Positions 15,101-25,262 of a DNA stretch of 47,489 nt are shown here, piece by piece; positions within the stretch are counted from its first letter, which is position 1; every line of letters begins with the position of its first letter. Below the pieces are notes generated by a model. That model saw only the letters and a list, made by a program, of their open reading frames with translations, searched no databases and was not told the origin of the DNA. A program made the translations under genes and the position numbers. This DNA is from Sphaeroforma arctica JP610. Its lineage: Eukaryota. The stretch lies in contig NW_014040437.1 of assembly GCF_001186125.1 (NCBI RefSeq), forward strand, positions 22,274-69,762, in the 5' to 3' direction.

Positions 15101-15130
15101 AAGGAAAAGTCAAGGGACACCGAAAATTAA
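131..15130 (+). CDS. PRRC2: PRRC2/BAT2-like large low-complexity, Q-rich protein; 14 predicted coding exons (~3,200 aa), 5' incomplete
   Basis: GT-AG exons with consistent phases at every junction: 131-296, 874-1031, 1341-1711, 2307-2689, 2872-2999, 3177-3386, 3595-3948, 4173-4298, 4976-5833, 6143-6206, 6735-6994, 7949-8194, 8578-10015, 10299-15130. Short PRRC2-family-like motifs occur in the expected order: DFPALG, TWAVDGEMDF, coiled coil RARQRKQENE..RKARAAAKLL|ELEK, GVVLIG...AFTEVVSKSKLKK, AAKAAWE. Family call is by motif recognition only. Confidence 0.7.
1960..2127. repeat. Intronic compound microsatellite (TGTGTC)n/(TG)n/(TA)n
   Basis: Seen directly. Confidence 0.9.
3612..3732 (+). repeat. 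Coding 18-bp tandem repeat encoding (AAKAVE/AAEAEK)n
   Basis: gctgcgaaggctgtggag-type unit repeated about 6-7 times, in frame, in exon 3595-3948. Confidence 0.9.
10299..15130 (+). CDS. Terminal 4.8-kb exon of the PRRC2-like gene (polyQ tracts, disordered, basic C-terminus)
   Basis: Within the stop-free ORF 10208..15130. Acceptor CATAG ends at 10298 and matches the phase-1 donor at 10016. Many CAG/CAA runs. Confidence 0.9.
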
Positions 15131-15735
15131 ACGAACTTTGTGCATCTCACACCTACTCGCACCTATCGTTGATGAACCATGCGGAATGTGTAAGAAAGGA
15201 GGAGTTGTTATATGACGCACACCAGTGAGTTATTGAATACAATGATGTCGTTCTCAGTATTTATCGATTTAATTTCAATTCACATCTGTTTTATGGTAGT
15301 AGTAGAATTTTACTGCTTGTTGAAGCGTATTTGTTATCGCCTCACACTTCTTCTCATTCCCTTTCTCATTGGACGCGACCCTGGATATCCTCATGGGCCA
15401 AGTTCATCACTCACATGTCAAATATTCGATTGACGTGTATACGATTACTTTCACCACATCCTTGAATAACTAGCTTCATACCAGCAGACCTGCGACATTG
15501 CAGCAAGACATCTAGACACACGGCCGTGCTTGATGTTATATGATAATATTGCGCTGTGGGACACACCCCCTCTTGCGCGTGTGAATCGCAAGCCGAGAGA
15601 GGAGCAATACTCTCACAGAATCGAAAGTGCATTAAGTAGCTGCATACTCTCTGATAAAAATTGTCCAACATACTTTGCAGCATTCTTTTTATGAACTTAA
15701 TAATCGAATGGAATGTTAATCTAAACATTGACAAT

Positions 15736-15765
15736 NNNNNNNNNNNNNNNNNNNNTATATATATA

Positions 15766-15837
<72 letters not shown>
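15736..15837. other. Assembly gap (20 N) followed by a (TA)n tract
   Basis: N run at 15736-15755, then a TA repeat. Confidence 0.95.
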
Positions 15838-15842
<5 letters not shown>

Positions 15843-16109
15843 TATGTATGTAAATATATGTATATAACTCTTCGTATAATGATACTACTCCATGCGACAT
15901 AGGTCTGAAAGGTTTGTAGTGCAAGAGGTGCGGTAAATACAATTGATAGTGGACACTTCAAAAAAAAGTCGTTAGTTTTAAGTATTTATCTAAATATGTA
16001 TCCATGTATGTAGTAGTTTTATGCATCCACATGTTGTCCTTCTATGGGCCTCTGTATAAATATACAGCGATCGGGGAGCAATTATAAACAGAATATCATG
16101 ACATGTCTT

Positions 16110-16560
16110 TTAAGATAAGCTCAGACAAGTGGACGAAGAGATTGTATATATGTTTTAGTTCTTCATTGTTTATGAATCTCAACTTTCCGTGACCTCGCAA
16201 ATCATGCCTTTTTTAAGACAAACTCAGACAAGTGGACGAAGAGATTGGTTGTATGACCTAGTTCTTCTTTGTTTATGAACCTCAACTCTTCATTGTTTAT
16301 GAATCTCAACCATGACCACTCATTGTTTATGGATCTCAACCGTGACCTTCATTGTTTACAAATCTCAACCATTACCATGCGAATCATGTCTTATACGATA
16401 AACTCAGACAAGTGGACGAAGAGATGGATATATGGTTCTAGTTCATCGATTATGAATCTCAACTTTCTAAGACTAACTCAAACAAGTGGACATATGCCTC
16501 TTAAAAAGAAACTCAGACAAGCTGACGAAAAGATTGGACATATGATCTAGTACTTCATTG
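16110..16560. repeat. Degenerate complex tandem repeat
   Basis: About 5 copies of ctcagacaagtggacgaagaga-like blocks interleaved with about 6 copies of cattgtttatgaatctcaac-like blocks. Confidence 0.85.
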
Positions 16561-19500
16561 TCAAGTTTCCGCGATCAAACAGTTAATAATCTGGGCTCGA
16601 GAACTGCTATCTCAGGAGACTACTATAGTCACAACCGAGAGCTGTAGCGTCCTAAATTTATGTTGTGCAAATGTGAACCAGCCTGACGAGTCGCAGTCAT
16701 CTTCGTGTTGATAGAGGTGCAAGAAGTATCAATTCTTTCAGAACAGCCTTCATTTTTTTGTGCCGGACATGCACCTCGTACTATTTTTTTATAAGCCGAT
16801 AAACATTTCGAGAGAAAAATGAAAAGTTGCTTTATTTTGTACTAAGTTGATTGCTAATTGTATTTTGGCACAAATGGACATATTTACCCTGTCGACGACC
16901 ATCCTTCTTAAACGATCTTGATAGAAATCGCATGATTACAGCTTCTTGGACAGACCTTGCAACGACTACGAGCTGTTGTTGCCAGCCTTTCCCGAACGGA
17001 GGCTGGCATAAATAACCCTACTAAGCATACTCGAATTTCAAAATCCGTGACGAGTATTCTTGTTTCAGTAGACTATCCCCTGATCAAACCGCTATCAGAC
17101 GGTGTTCCTAAGTCGACACAGAGCTAATATTACGGATTCCGTGTTGTGCGAGCTTCGCTACGCCAGAGCCGAAGGTGCAGTACTTCTGAGCCTCACAGTG
17201 GGGGTGGTGGGATGAATTCAACTTCTATTAAGCTGAAGCCGATAGAAATATAGCCAGAGGAACCTTAACTATTTTGAAGTACTCGTTCATATCGTGCTAC
17301 TACTCTCGACCTTCACATTTTCGAACGATTGCGTGAATAACCTGGATAGCTCCTCGTCAACAGCACGAATGTTAGCATTGTAATAAAGTGTTTGTACTTG
17401 AGCAATCTGACCCAAGTCCAAGCGCCCTGACCTCCTAGGCCCTAATCGATTCTCTGCCGTGACTGTTGCATCATGTGTATTCATATTCTTCTTCTGAATC
17501 GAATCGTCGTTATACATAGTCGATTTTCGTTGTCTTTCTTTCAAGTAAAGAGCTCTGCGTACATAAATTCATACACTTTACAGCAGAATCGTTCTTGCTT
17601 CCCGACTCTTGCTAGCTGCCTGTTTCGTGCCGGCTTTGCGATGATTTTAAACTATTTGTCAGGTGTATCTCGTTTAAAATGAATGTATTTATGAACATCG
17701 CCTTTCTTTATTGCTAAATTTATATACCAGAATTGTTGCTATTTTGTTGCTAAAAAATGCTATAAAAAATATGTACCAGCAGATGCGAAAAGGTTCAAGA
17801 GGTTGCCAACTGTTCATCAATTCACTTCACAGTTCACACTTCACACTTCACACTCACACACGAGTCGCCAATCCAACCGAAATCCTGTAACTGAATCAGA
17901 GACGAACACTCAAATTAAGCGACCCACCGCCCAAGTCGGCCCAACGTGGCAACGCCCAACAGTCCCGGCGCTCACTCGCGCACTCGCGGAACTGCACCCA
18001 CTCTCGGCCTGTCCTCCACTCGCTGACTCGCCCCAGTCCCGGGAATATAAAAATAATTGGGCCTTGACACTTTGTGCCACAGGCTCAAGGCTGTGCAAAC
18101 CGCGAGAATTGTTGCGAGTTTCGAGACAGTATTATTTTAACTCAGACTCTCACAGTGAGAGTTGCAAGAGTAATCGAGTTGCGAGTTGCGAGTTGCGAGT
18201 TTGCGACATGGTCACTATGAAACATAAAGAACACTATTTGTAGGACTACTCTCAGGAGTACAATGTACTTATTGCCAATCCTGCTGAGTACTGACTTGCT
18301 CTCTACTCTAATAGTCTGCTAAATGATAAATCATAGTTCATAGTTCATACACTCATTCAGAATTTCAGTCACATGCATAGTTATATACACAGTTATCAAT
18401 TTCACAGCCACAGACCCACAGTCAGAGCCAGCGTGCCACCCATAATGTTTTTTCTTTCAAAATTTCCTTCTTTTTTTCTTTAAAATATGTATAAATTTGG
18501 GACAACTGACAACTGACAAACACCAAAGACAGAGCAAACAAACTCGATACTGAAACAGATAATTATATTTATAATTTTATATCACTCAAACAACAATCGT
18601 AGTCGTATTTACTGCTATTAACAGAGGCGAAGAGTAAAAAAGAAGCCTTTTCAGTCCCCTGCTTGAAAAATAGAAATTACAGAATATGGACACACGCGGG
18701 ACTGGAGCTCGGAGAGCCGAGAGTCGAGAGTCAAGAGATAAGCTCTTTTGTCTATTTTTGTTTTAAATAAATGTTTTTTTGTTGTGTTTTGTTTTAAAAA
18801 ACCAATATCAGGACAGTCATTCTTCCCAGCAAGTCCCAAGTTCCACATCCCACCAGAGGCTAACCTCAAACTGTGTTCCGTTAAAACATATATAGATCGA
18901 GTAAATATACATTTACGTTCAACTCTTATTCCATATACGGTCCTTTGTATGCTCATAGGTGCATCTTGCGGGTCTAAAAATTTGAGAGTTCACCGTTTTT
19001 ACTATACAAACCGTCCTATAAAATCATTTTAGGCCTTCCGATCTCATTATATCCGTTATAACGTTTTAATATTGAATAAATTTGCGTTTGCGTTGAACTT
19101 CTATTCCGTACCCCCAGTTGAAAACGTAATATTGAGCTTAGCCACCAGGTATTTTGTACAAAAGTAATAGAAACTGTACATTGTACAACGAATCGTTTTC
19201 AGAAATAGGACAAAGGTGCTATTTCAAGACTCAAATTAGATTTTTTATTTCTTGGATATTTAAAAAAAACCCCAATATCCTCTCGCAGATTAGAGACTTT
19301 ATCAGTTTATCTCTCTCTCTCTATCTCTGTAGAGAGAGCCTAGAGTAGAGTCTCTTGTTCTCTACTCTCTAATTTAAAATAATAAATACTAGAGTAGAGA
19401 GTAGTAGAGAGAGAGTCTATACTCATATTTCTTGGGGCCCTGTGGACACTGGACTGTGGTCTGGCCGTCTAGGGCTGGAACTGTTTGGACAAACAGCCCA

Positions 19501-20043
19501 GGGCCCCAGGGGCCAGGGCCCAGGTTGATGCTGAAAAACAAAAATGTCGAGACATTGGCCTTTTTAAAACCCCTAAACTCTAGTAGAATACAACACGTCG
19601 TTTACTAAAAACAATATTCTGCGACATTGTCGTAAACCCTCTTTTAGACACTGGTGATTGCTACTCTAGTTATAGTAGAGCCTGTAGAGGCCTTGTATTT
19701 TTGAAGAATATAAGGACAAATGACAAAGTCAATGTCATAACCCATGTGTAAGTTATGAGATATGAGTTATGACCCGCTCTCTCTCTCGCTCTGCTGAGCA
19801 ACAAATCTAATAATCCATTCAGGGGCAGCCGAACCTCCTGTGTTAAAAGCCAAAATATAAGGAGACAGTCAGTTCTTCTCTGCTCTGAGAGACTCTCTCT
19901 CTCTCAGTACTTGTTTTTTAAACAAATACAAAGGAAGTGAAAATTCAAAATATTCATGGTGGGACTGGAGACTGGAGAGTGGCGAGTAGTAGAGAGACAA
20001 AAGAAAGTGAAAATTGTTGTAGTACATGTTGTAAATTCATACT

Positions 20044-20283
20044 TGTGGTAAACGAACGCTTCAATAACTGTATCGCAACGTTCTCCCTCCGTAGAGAGGG
20101 AGACGTTGTTCATTTATTAGTAATTGTAAAATTAGTGACTCTAAAAGTGAGTCATAAGTCATGTGCTGTAATGTGCTGTAATAGTCAGTAAAAACAAGTT
20201 TATCAGAATATTCTGATACACTGTAAAAAAAAACTATAACTAAAATAAACAACTAAAACCTAAGTACTTGTATTCTGACCACA
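20044..20283 (-). repeat. Putative 3' LTR (240 bp) of the Ty3/Gypsy element
   Basis: Perfect 6-bp terminal inverted repeat TGTGGT...ACCACA. Directly preceded on the minus strand by a G-run PPT. Minus-strand AATAAA at ~20113-20118. No matching second copy found in the window. Confidence 0.65.
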
Positions 20284-20291
20284 AGCCCCCC
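20284..20291 (-). promoter_or_regulatory. Polypurine tract (PPT) for plus-strand priming
   Basis: Minus strand reads GGGGGGCT immediately before TGTGGTCAG, the LTR start. Confidence 0.6.
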
Positions 20292-20369
20292 AAACTGAAG
20301 CACTGACCGAAAAGCAGTGTGCCACTTTTAAAGATAGAGAGGAATACCCAAGTAACTTAGTTGCTGCCA

Positions 20370-20770
20370 TTTATCCTCTGAGAGCTAGAGCAATATACTG
20401 GCATTTATCCTCTGGGAGCTAGAGCAGTGTACTGGCATTCAACCTCTGAGAGCTAGAAGACCCGAGGTGTCCGTCTCGAGTAACCCGTCGTTTTGAATAC
20501 TTGAGACAACTGTTCAGTAGTGACACCATATATGCTTTCTAGCAAGTACAGTATAGAACTATACCTGTGTCGGAGAAAAACTGCCAATAGCAGAAACCGT
20601 GCAAACCGGTTAACCCGATGATTCCAAACATAGCCCAAGGAATTGTCTAGTAGATATCGCTGTTTTATACTCCAGAGCTCGAGTGGCTGGTTTATACTCG
20701 GGGAGCTAGAGTGGCTGATTAATACTCGGGAGCTAGAGTGGCTGGTTTATACTCGGGTGCTAGAGGGCTC
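20370..20770. repeat. Short tandem repeats in the 3' untranslated part of the retrotransposon
   Basis: About 3 copies of a ~33-bp tttatcctctgagagctagagca-type unit (20370-20457) and about 4 copies of a 27-bp tttatactcgggagctagagtggctgg-type unit (20664-20768). Confidence 0.8.
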
Positions 20771-20828
20771 GATCGATTACGGTTCGAGCGCACCGTCCTA
20801 CCGAGTAGGCATATCTGAAGATAAAAAT

Positions 20829-22293
20829 TTAGATTTGGGCACGTTGGCGTTTACGTGTCCGTGTCTGCGAGGCTTTGTGGTAGGCCGCGATATCGTTGGC
20901 ATCATCAAAAGCCTCCAATGTTTCCCACGTTGGATCGCCTTCACGCCATCGCACCAAGTATTCCAATTTTACTGTTTTATCATCAGTACGGTGTGTAAAA
21001 ATGTGGCGAAGCTCAACACCTCCTTCTGTCCACAATTCGTCGTTAAGTGGTGGGTCTGTGCGCCTATGCACTAACCGTAGGGGTTCCACCCGTACCGGTT
21101 TGTGATTGAATTCTGGAGGGGCGGATCCGTCTTTATTCGCTAACTCATATTGTTGTTCGATCCTGGCCTTCACCGCATACGTCCCGAACAGTGGCCGCAT
21201 TACCTTAGCCGTTCTACCTTCCGATCGTACCATAACCATATCGCCTTCGTCGAAATGAACCAAGGCATGAGCGTGCAGGCGGTCAAATGTCTTCGTAAGT
21301 TTGCTTATATACTTCCTGGTAATGTGGTGGAGAGTTGGCAGTATGGTATCCTGCAACTGGTCTAACCGTTGTGCCCAGGTGTCGTTCGTCATCGGCTGGG
21401 TATCTGGTAAGTCATCAGTAAAGTTTTGGTACATGACGGCGGCCAAAATATACATTGAACGGCGCGCTCTTGTGACGTCGGGATATCCGAAGGTTCTGAT
21501 AGAGCATCGTAAACGGAAGGCGTTCGTCCCATCGTAGAGGAACTGCCTCACAGTATTGTCGAATGGAACGTGTAATCACCTTATGACGGCGTTCAGCGGC
21601 ACCCAGTACCTGTGGTCGATATGGCGGTGACACATTGCGTAGCATACCCACTTCTTGGACCAGTAGCTCCACTATCTTGTTAGTGAATTCATTCCCCATG
21701 TCCGTCTGGATCATATGTGGGGAACCATGCTCGCCAAAAACTTATATTAGTGTCTGTGCCGTTGTCTCCTTCGTCTTGTCCGGTGTCGCTCGAAGGATTG
21801 AGTAGCCTGTGGCAATGTCCAGTACGTGAAGTATATAATTGTTCTTTCGCCTGCACTCAAGTAGCATCGGGATATAGTCGACTTGAATATGGTCCCACGG
21901 GTAGCGCGCGTCAATGCTAATCATCGGTTGGAAACCTTTACGAAGCGTATCCTGTCCCAAACATGTGGCGCACTGCCGTTTGACATCCGTTGCCAACTCA
22001 AGTGCGCCCGGCCACACATGACCGTTCTGACTGAGTTGTTGAACTGTATCAGCCGCACCATGATGTCCTTGTTCGTGGTGCGCTTGTGTGAATCGCGTAC
22101 GGCGTTGTTGTTCTTCTGGCGTCGCCCACTCAACTGCCGGTTGACCTTCTGCATTCGCCATTGCCACCGAGATCTCTCGCACGTTATCTAAATACATTAC
22201 GTACGTTGTGTGATTTAGTTCTGCATACCCAAGTCGCTGTGAAAATAGCGGGTCAAGTTTGAACCCGTTAGGGGGTCCCACTCGTGCAATCAC
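20829..22293 (-). pseudogene. Integrase (HHCC zinc finger, DD35E core, GPY/F-like motif) plus C-terminal chromodomain
   Basis: AHHEQGHHG...CATC; IQVDY, IQTDMGNEF, GAAERRH; PLFGTY; IFTHR...EYLVRWREGDPTWE. One stop (21742-21744) and a frameshift near 21550. Confidence 0.93.
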
Positions 22294-22940
22294 GGTGTGG
22301 CCCTATGGCGTCTTGCCACAGGCATACTTAGCATACTTGAGGAACGTGTGTGGCGTTCGTGGGACCAGTACTGGTTCTGATTGCAACAACTGATTGAACA
22401 GGTCAAACCATGGTGCCCTTGGTACCCATGGCAGACAAACCGTTGCCCTCACACCATCGGTCCTTATCTTGCGTAACATTCTATGTATCTTTTTTTCCAT
22501 GGTGGGTTCATCCATCCATCGACTGTCGACCAGTCGTGGGCAAACGCCCCTTCCCCATCGTCTTTAGTCCAAAATCGAGGAAGCTGAGCGTTACGGGTCC
22601 GCAAATACTTAGGAACGTGTGTGGCGTTCGTGGGACCAGTACTGGTTCTGATTGCAACAACTGTTTGAACAGGTCAAACCATGGTGCCCTTGGTACCCAT
22701 GGCAGACAGACCGTTGCCCTCGCACCATCGGTCCTTATCTTGCGCAACATTCTATGTATCTTTTTCCATGGTGGGTTTATCCATCCATCGACTGTCGACC
22801 AGTCGTGGGCAAACGCCCCTTCCCCATCGTCTTTAGTCCGAAGTCGCTGAACGTTAGACGGGTCCGCAAATACATCTATATTGTTCGGACCGAAGTGTTG
22901 TTGCGCTTGTTCAAAGTAGCTAGGGAATAACTGCTAACAA
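22290..22940 (-). pseudogene. DIRS-type (Dam-like) N6-adenine DNA methyltransferase domain inside pol, partly tandem-duplicated
   Basis: Reading on in the RNase H frame gives *QLFPSYFEQAQQHFGPNNIDVFADPSN..KDDGEGAFAHDWSTVDGWINPPWKKIHRMLRKIRTDGARATVCLPWVPRAPWFDLF. The second copy keeps NAQLPRFWT and NPPW. IDVFA at 22865-22879; NPPW at 22766-22777 and 22497-22508. Confidence 0.88.
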
Positions 22941-22981
22941 CCTGTGTACAGTATTTCAGGTTCGTTCTGCTCCGCTGTCCC

Positions 22982-23630
22982 CTAATATACTCTGCTCAAC
23001 ATGTCCGGAAGCACGTTTGTCTCCCCTGGTATATGTGATATGGTTAAGTTGAACGGTGCTATGATATGGTGCCATCTCTGGAGCATCGGATTAAGCTTGA
23101 GCTGTGTATTCATATACACCAGGGCCTTGTGGTCCGTAAAGACTGCAAACCGTTGCCCATCCAAATGTTCCCTAAAATGTGTCAGCCCGTACACCAAGGC
23201 TAGTAACTCCTTCATTGGTGTAGCGTAGTTCTGTTGCGCATGGTTCAGAGTCTTGCTAAAAAACATTAAATAATGTTTCTTCCCGTCGACCCATTGGAAT
23301 AACGCTCCCCCCAAACCGTAATCGCTAGCGTCGGTTTCCAAGTTCAATGGTATACCGTCGACCGGAAAGTGCAACGCCACTGCATTGACAACTGCATCCT
23401 TCATCGCCTGCCACGCCTGTGCATATATTTCCTCCCAACGATCGCCGATCAACTCCTTCGGTTTGAGTTTGCAAAACTCGCGCAAAGGTGCAACCGTGTT
23501 CGCGAAGTTGGGGAGATGTTCATGAAGATAATTCGCCAATCCTAAGGCAGAGGCTATGTCTTTGTACCGTAGTGGGGTAGGCCAGTCGATAAGCTTGGTC
23601 TGCTTCTCATGATCAATATCTATGCCTTGT
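22982..23630 (-). pseudogene. RT thumb/connection and RNase H domain
   Basis: GIDIDHEK..IDWPTP..ALGLANY; LETDASDYGLGGALFQ; QQNYATPMKELLALVYG; VFTDHKAL; HIPGETNVLPDMLSR. Confidence 0.95.
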
Positions 23631-24189
23631 GCCGGCGCCTTTTTTTCTTAGGATCATCACTTCGGGAATAGCAAAGTGGCACTTGGCGGGGTTGAGCTTA
23701 AAACTGTGGTATGTTAAACGTTGAATCACCTTCTTCACCGTTCGAATATGTTCGTCATAGTCGTCGCTGACAATAACTATATCGTCGATATAGTTGTGGA
23801 CCGGCAAGCCGTCCAGTATTGTGCTCAAGGTTCGCTGGAACTGTTGCGTGAGCACATGGAGTCCAAACGGCGCCGATGTAAACGAGTACTGATAACGCTC
23901 GTGTGTAAAGCTAAACAGATATCATGAATCGGGATGGATCGGTAGCCTATGATATACCGCCGATATATCCAGCGTAGTGTAGTACTTCTTACTCTTGAGG
24001 CGAGAGATATGTTCGTTGACCTTGGGAATCAAGAACTAGTTGCCCGGAATAAGCGCGTTAACAGCACGCATATCTAAATATACGCGTACCTTCTTCACGT
24101 TCCCTTCTGCATCAAACGTCGGGACCGCAAGGAGCGGGAGGTTAACAGTAGTCGGTGTCGTCCGCTTCTTGATCACCAAATCCACCAAC
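23631..24189 (-). pseudogene. Reverse transcriptase core (disrupted)
   Basis: RVYLDMRAVN, TTLDISAVYHRLPI, APFGL, HNYIDDIVI, KLNPAKCHF. In-frame stops at ~24036 and ~23923; frameshift in an A-run at ~23640. Confidence 0.93.
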
Positions 24190-24374
24190 TGTAGAAATAC
24201 GGCCTCCGGTCAGTCTAAAATATCAAGATCAATTGAGATAATACATTGGTTTTTATTTGTATTTTAAATAATTTAATGCAAGCTCTTTTTCCAATATTTC
24301 CAAAGTGTTCTAAATGCACCTTGATGGCTCTAANNNNNNNNNNNNNNNNNNNNTAATTTCCATCGAAGTTTACA
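24190..24374. mobile_element. Nested LTR-type insertion in the RT (mostly unassembled; spans the N gap)
   Basis: Starts TGTAG (24190) and ends TTTACA (24374). Flanked by the 4-bp direct repeat CAAC (24186-24189 and 24375-24378). Removing it restores the frame ..VKKWL|VDLVIKKRTTP.. Confidence 0.85.
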
Positions 24375-25262
24375 CAACCACTTCTTCACCTGCTCGTCCA
24401 CGTATGGTAGCCACCGGTCGGATACAAAGTTACACGTTGATCTGTGCATGTGCATCGCCTGTTCACGGGTTACCGGAATGGTAACTTCGCTCCCTTCCAG
24501 ACGACATCGCGCCTTGTCAGCAATCTGCGTGTTCGCCTTTAAATCCTGTGCCAGCCGTTGACGTACATCGGCGGGATCCGTCGTGTTCGGTGCCTGTCGT
24601 TGTGGGATGGGTTCGAGGAGCTCGTCAAGTTCTGTAGGGTCTATTGGTGCAAGTGGAGATTGGATGCCGCCTATGTATAGACCCAAGCCTTTCAACATGT
24701 CTTGTCCCATAATGATGTCTATTCCTGCCGGTAAGTTCATCAATTCTAGTGACCCGTCGATAATCTTGGTCCCATACCGAATGGGTACCACTTCCGTCGT
24801 CCGCAGTCGAGGAGTTCGAACCGCCTTGTCAGCTAAGTATATGAATGACCCAGGTGGTGCTGGAGTTATTGGGCGGCCGAGGAGGTCTGCGGATGTCTGT
24901 GAGATACAACTTCTGTTTGCTCCCGTGTCTAACAATGCTTTGAACGTACGTCCATTAACTTGCACTTGAATATAAACTCGTTTATCAGAAGACAGTAATG
25001 GGTCTTGTATCGCCATCACTTCCCTAATAGTATTAACAAATGTGAAGCTCATATCCGACTCAAACACACTCACATCTCACGCTTGATCGGTAACAGTCTC
25101 CCATACACCGTGGTTCTGGTCTGGTCCCAGTATTGTGTGCTCGAAGTCTTCCGCGAGTATCGTGTTGATGTGTACCTCTGTAGCTGCTGATGGTGGTACA
25201 AAACTGTCATCGTTTGTAATCGCGTTCACCTGTACAAGCGGAGTCGGGCGTGTAGTGACCAA
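24375..25262 (-). pseudogene. Retropepsin-type aspartic protease and RT N-terminus
   Basis: VQVNGRTFKALLDTGANRSCI...DIIMGQDML. One TGA at 25077-25079 joins ORFs 25077..25262 and 24330..25073 in the same frame. Confidence 0.92.

Noticed and set aside
16110..16560. Repeats with variable intervening sequence (CRISPR-like appearance)
   Set aside because: The intervening segments are themselves repeated and irregular in length, so this is a degenerate satellite.
15411..17650. Possible minus-strand gene from ORFs 15411..15734 and 17287..17544
   Set aside because: No recognisable domain, and I could not build a consistent splice model; stops occur in all frames in between.
18900..19130. Minus-strand peptide DIMRSEGLK*FYR resembling a mitochondrial carrier motif
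   Set aside because: Several stops, no transmembrane segments or Px(D/E)xx(K/R) motif. The region contains a diverged direct repeat; the match is probably chance.
22290..23630. Interpreting the RT-RNase H-MT block as an ordinary DIRS element
   Set aside because: The element has an aspartic protease, a DDE integrase in frame with the MT, a chromodomain, a PPT and a TG...CA LTR. No tyrosine recombinase is visible.
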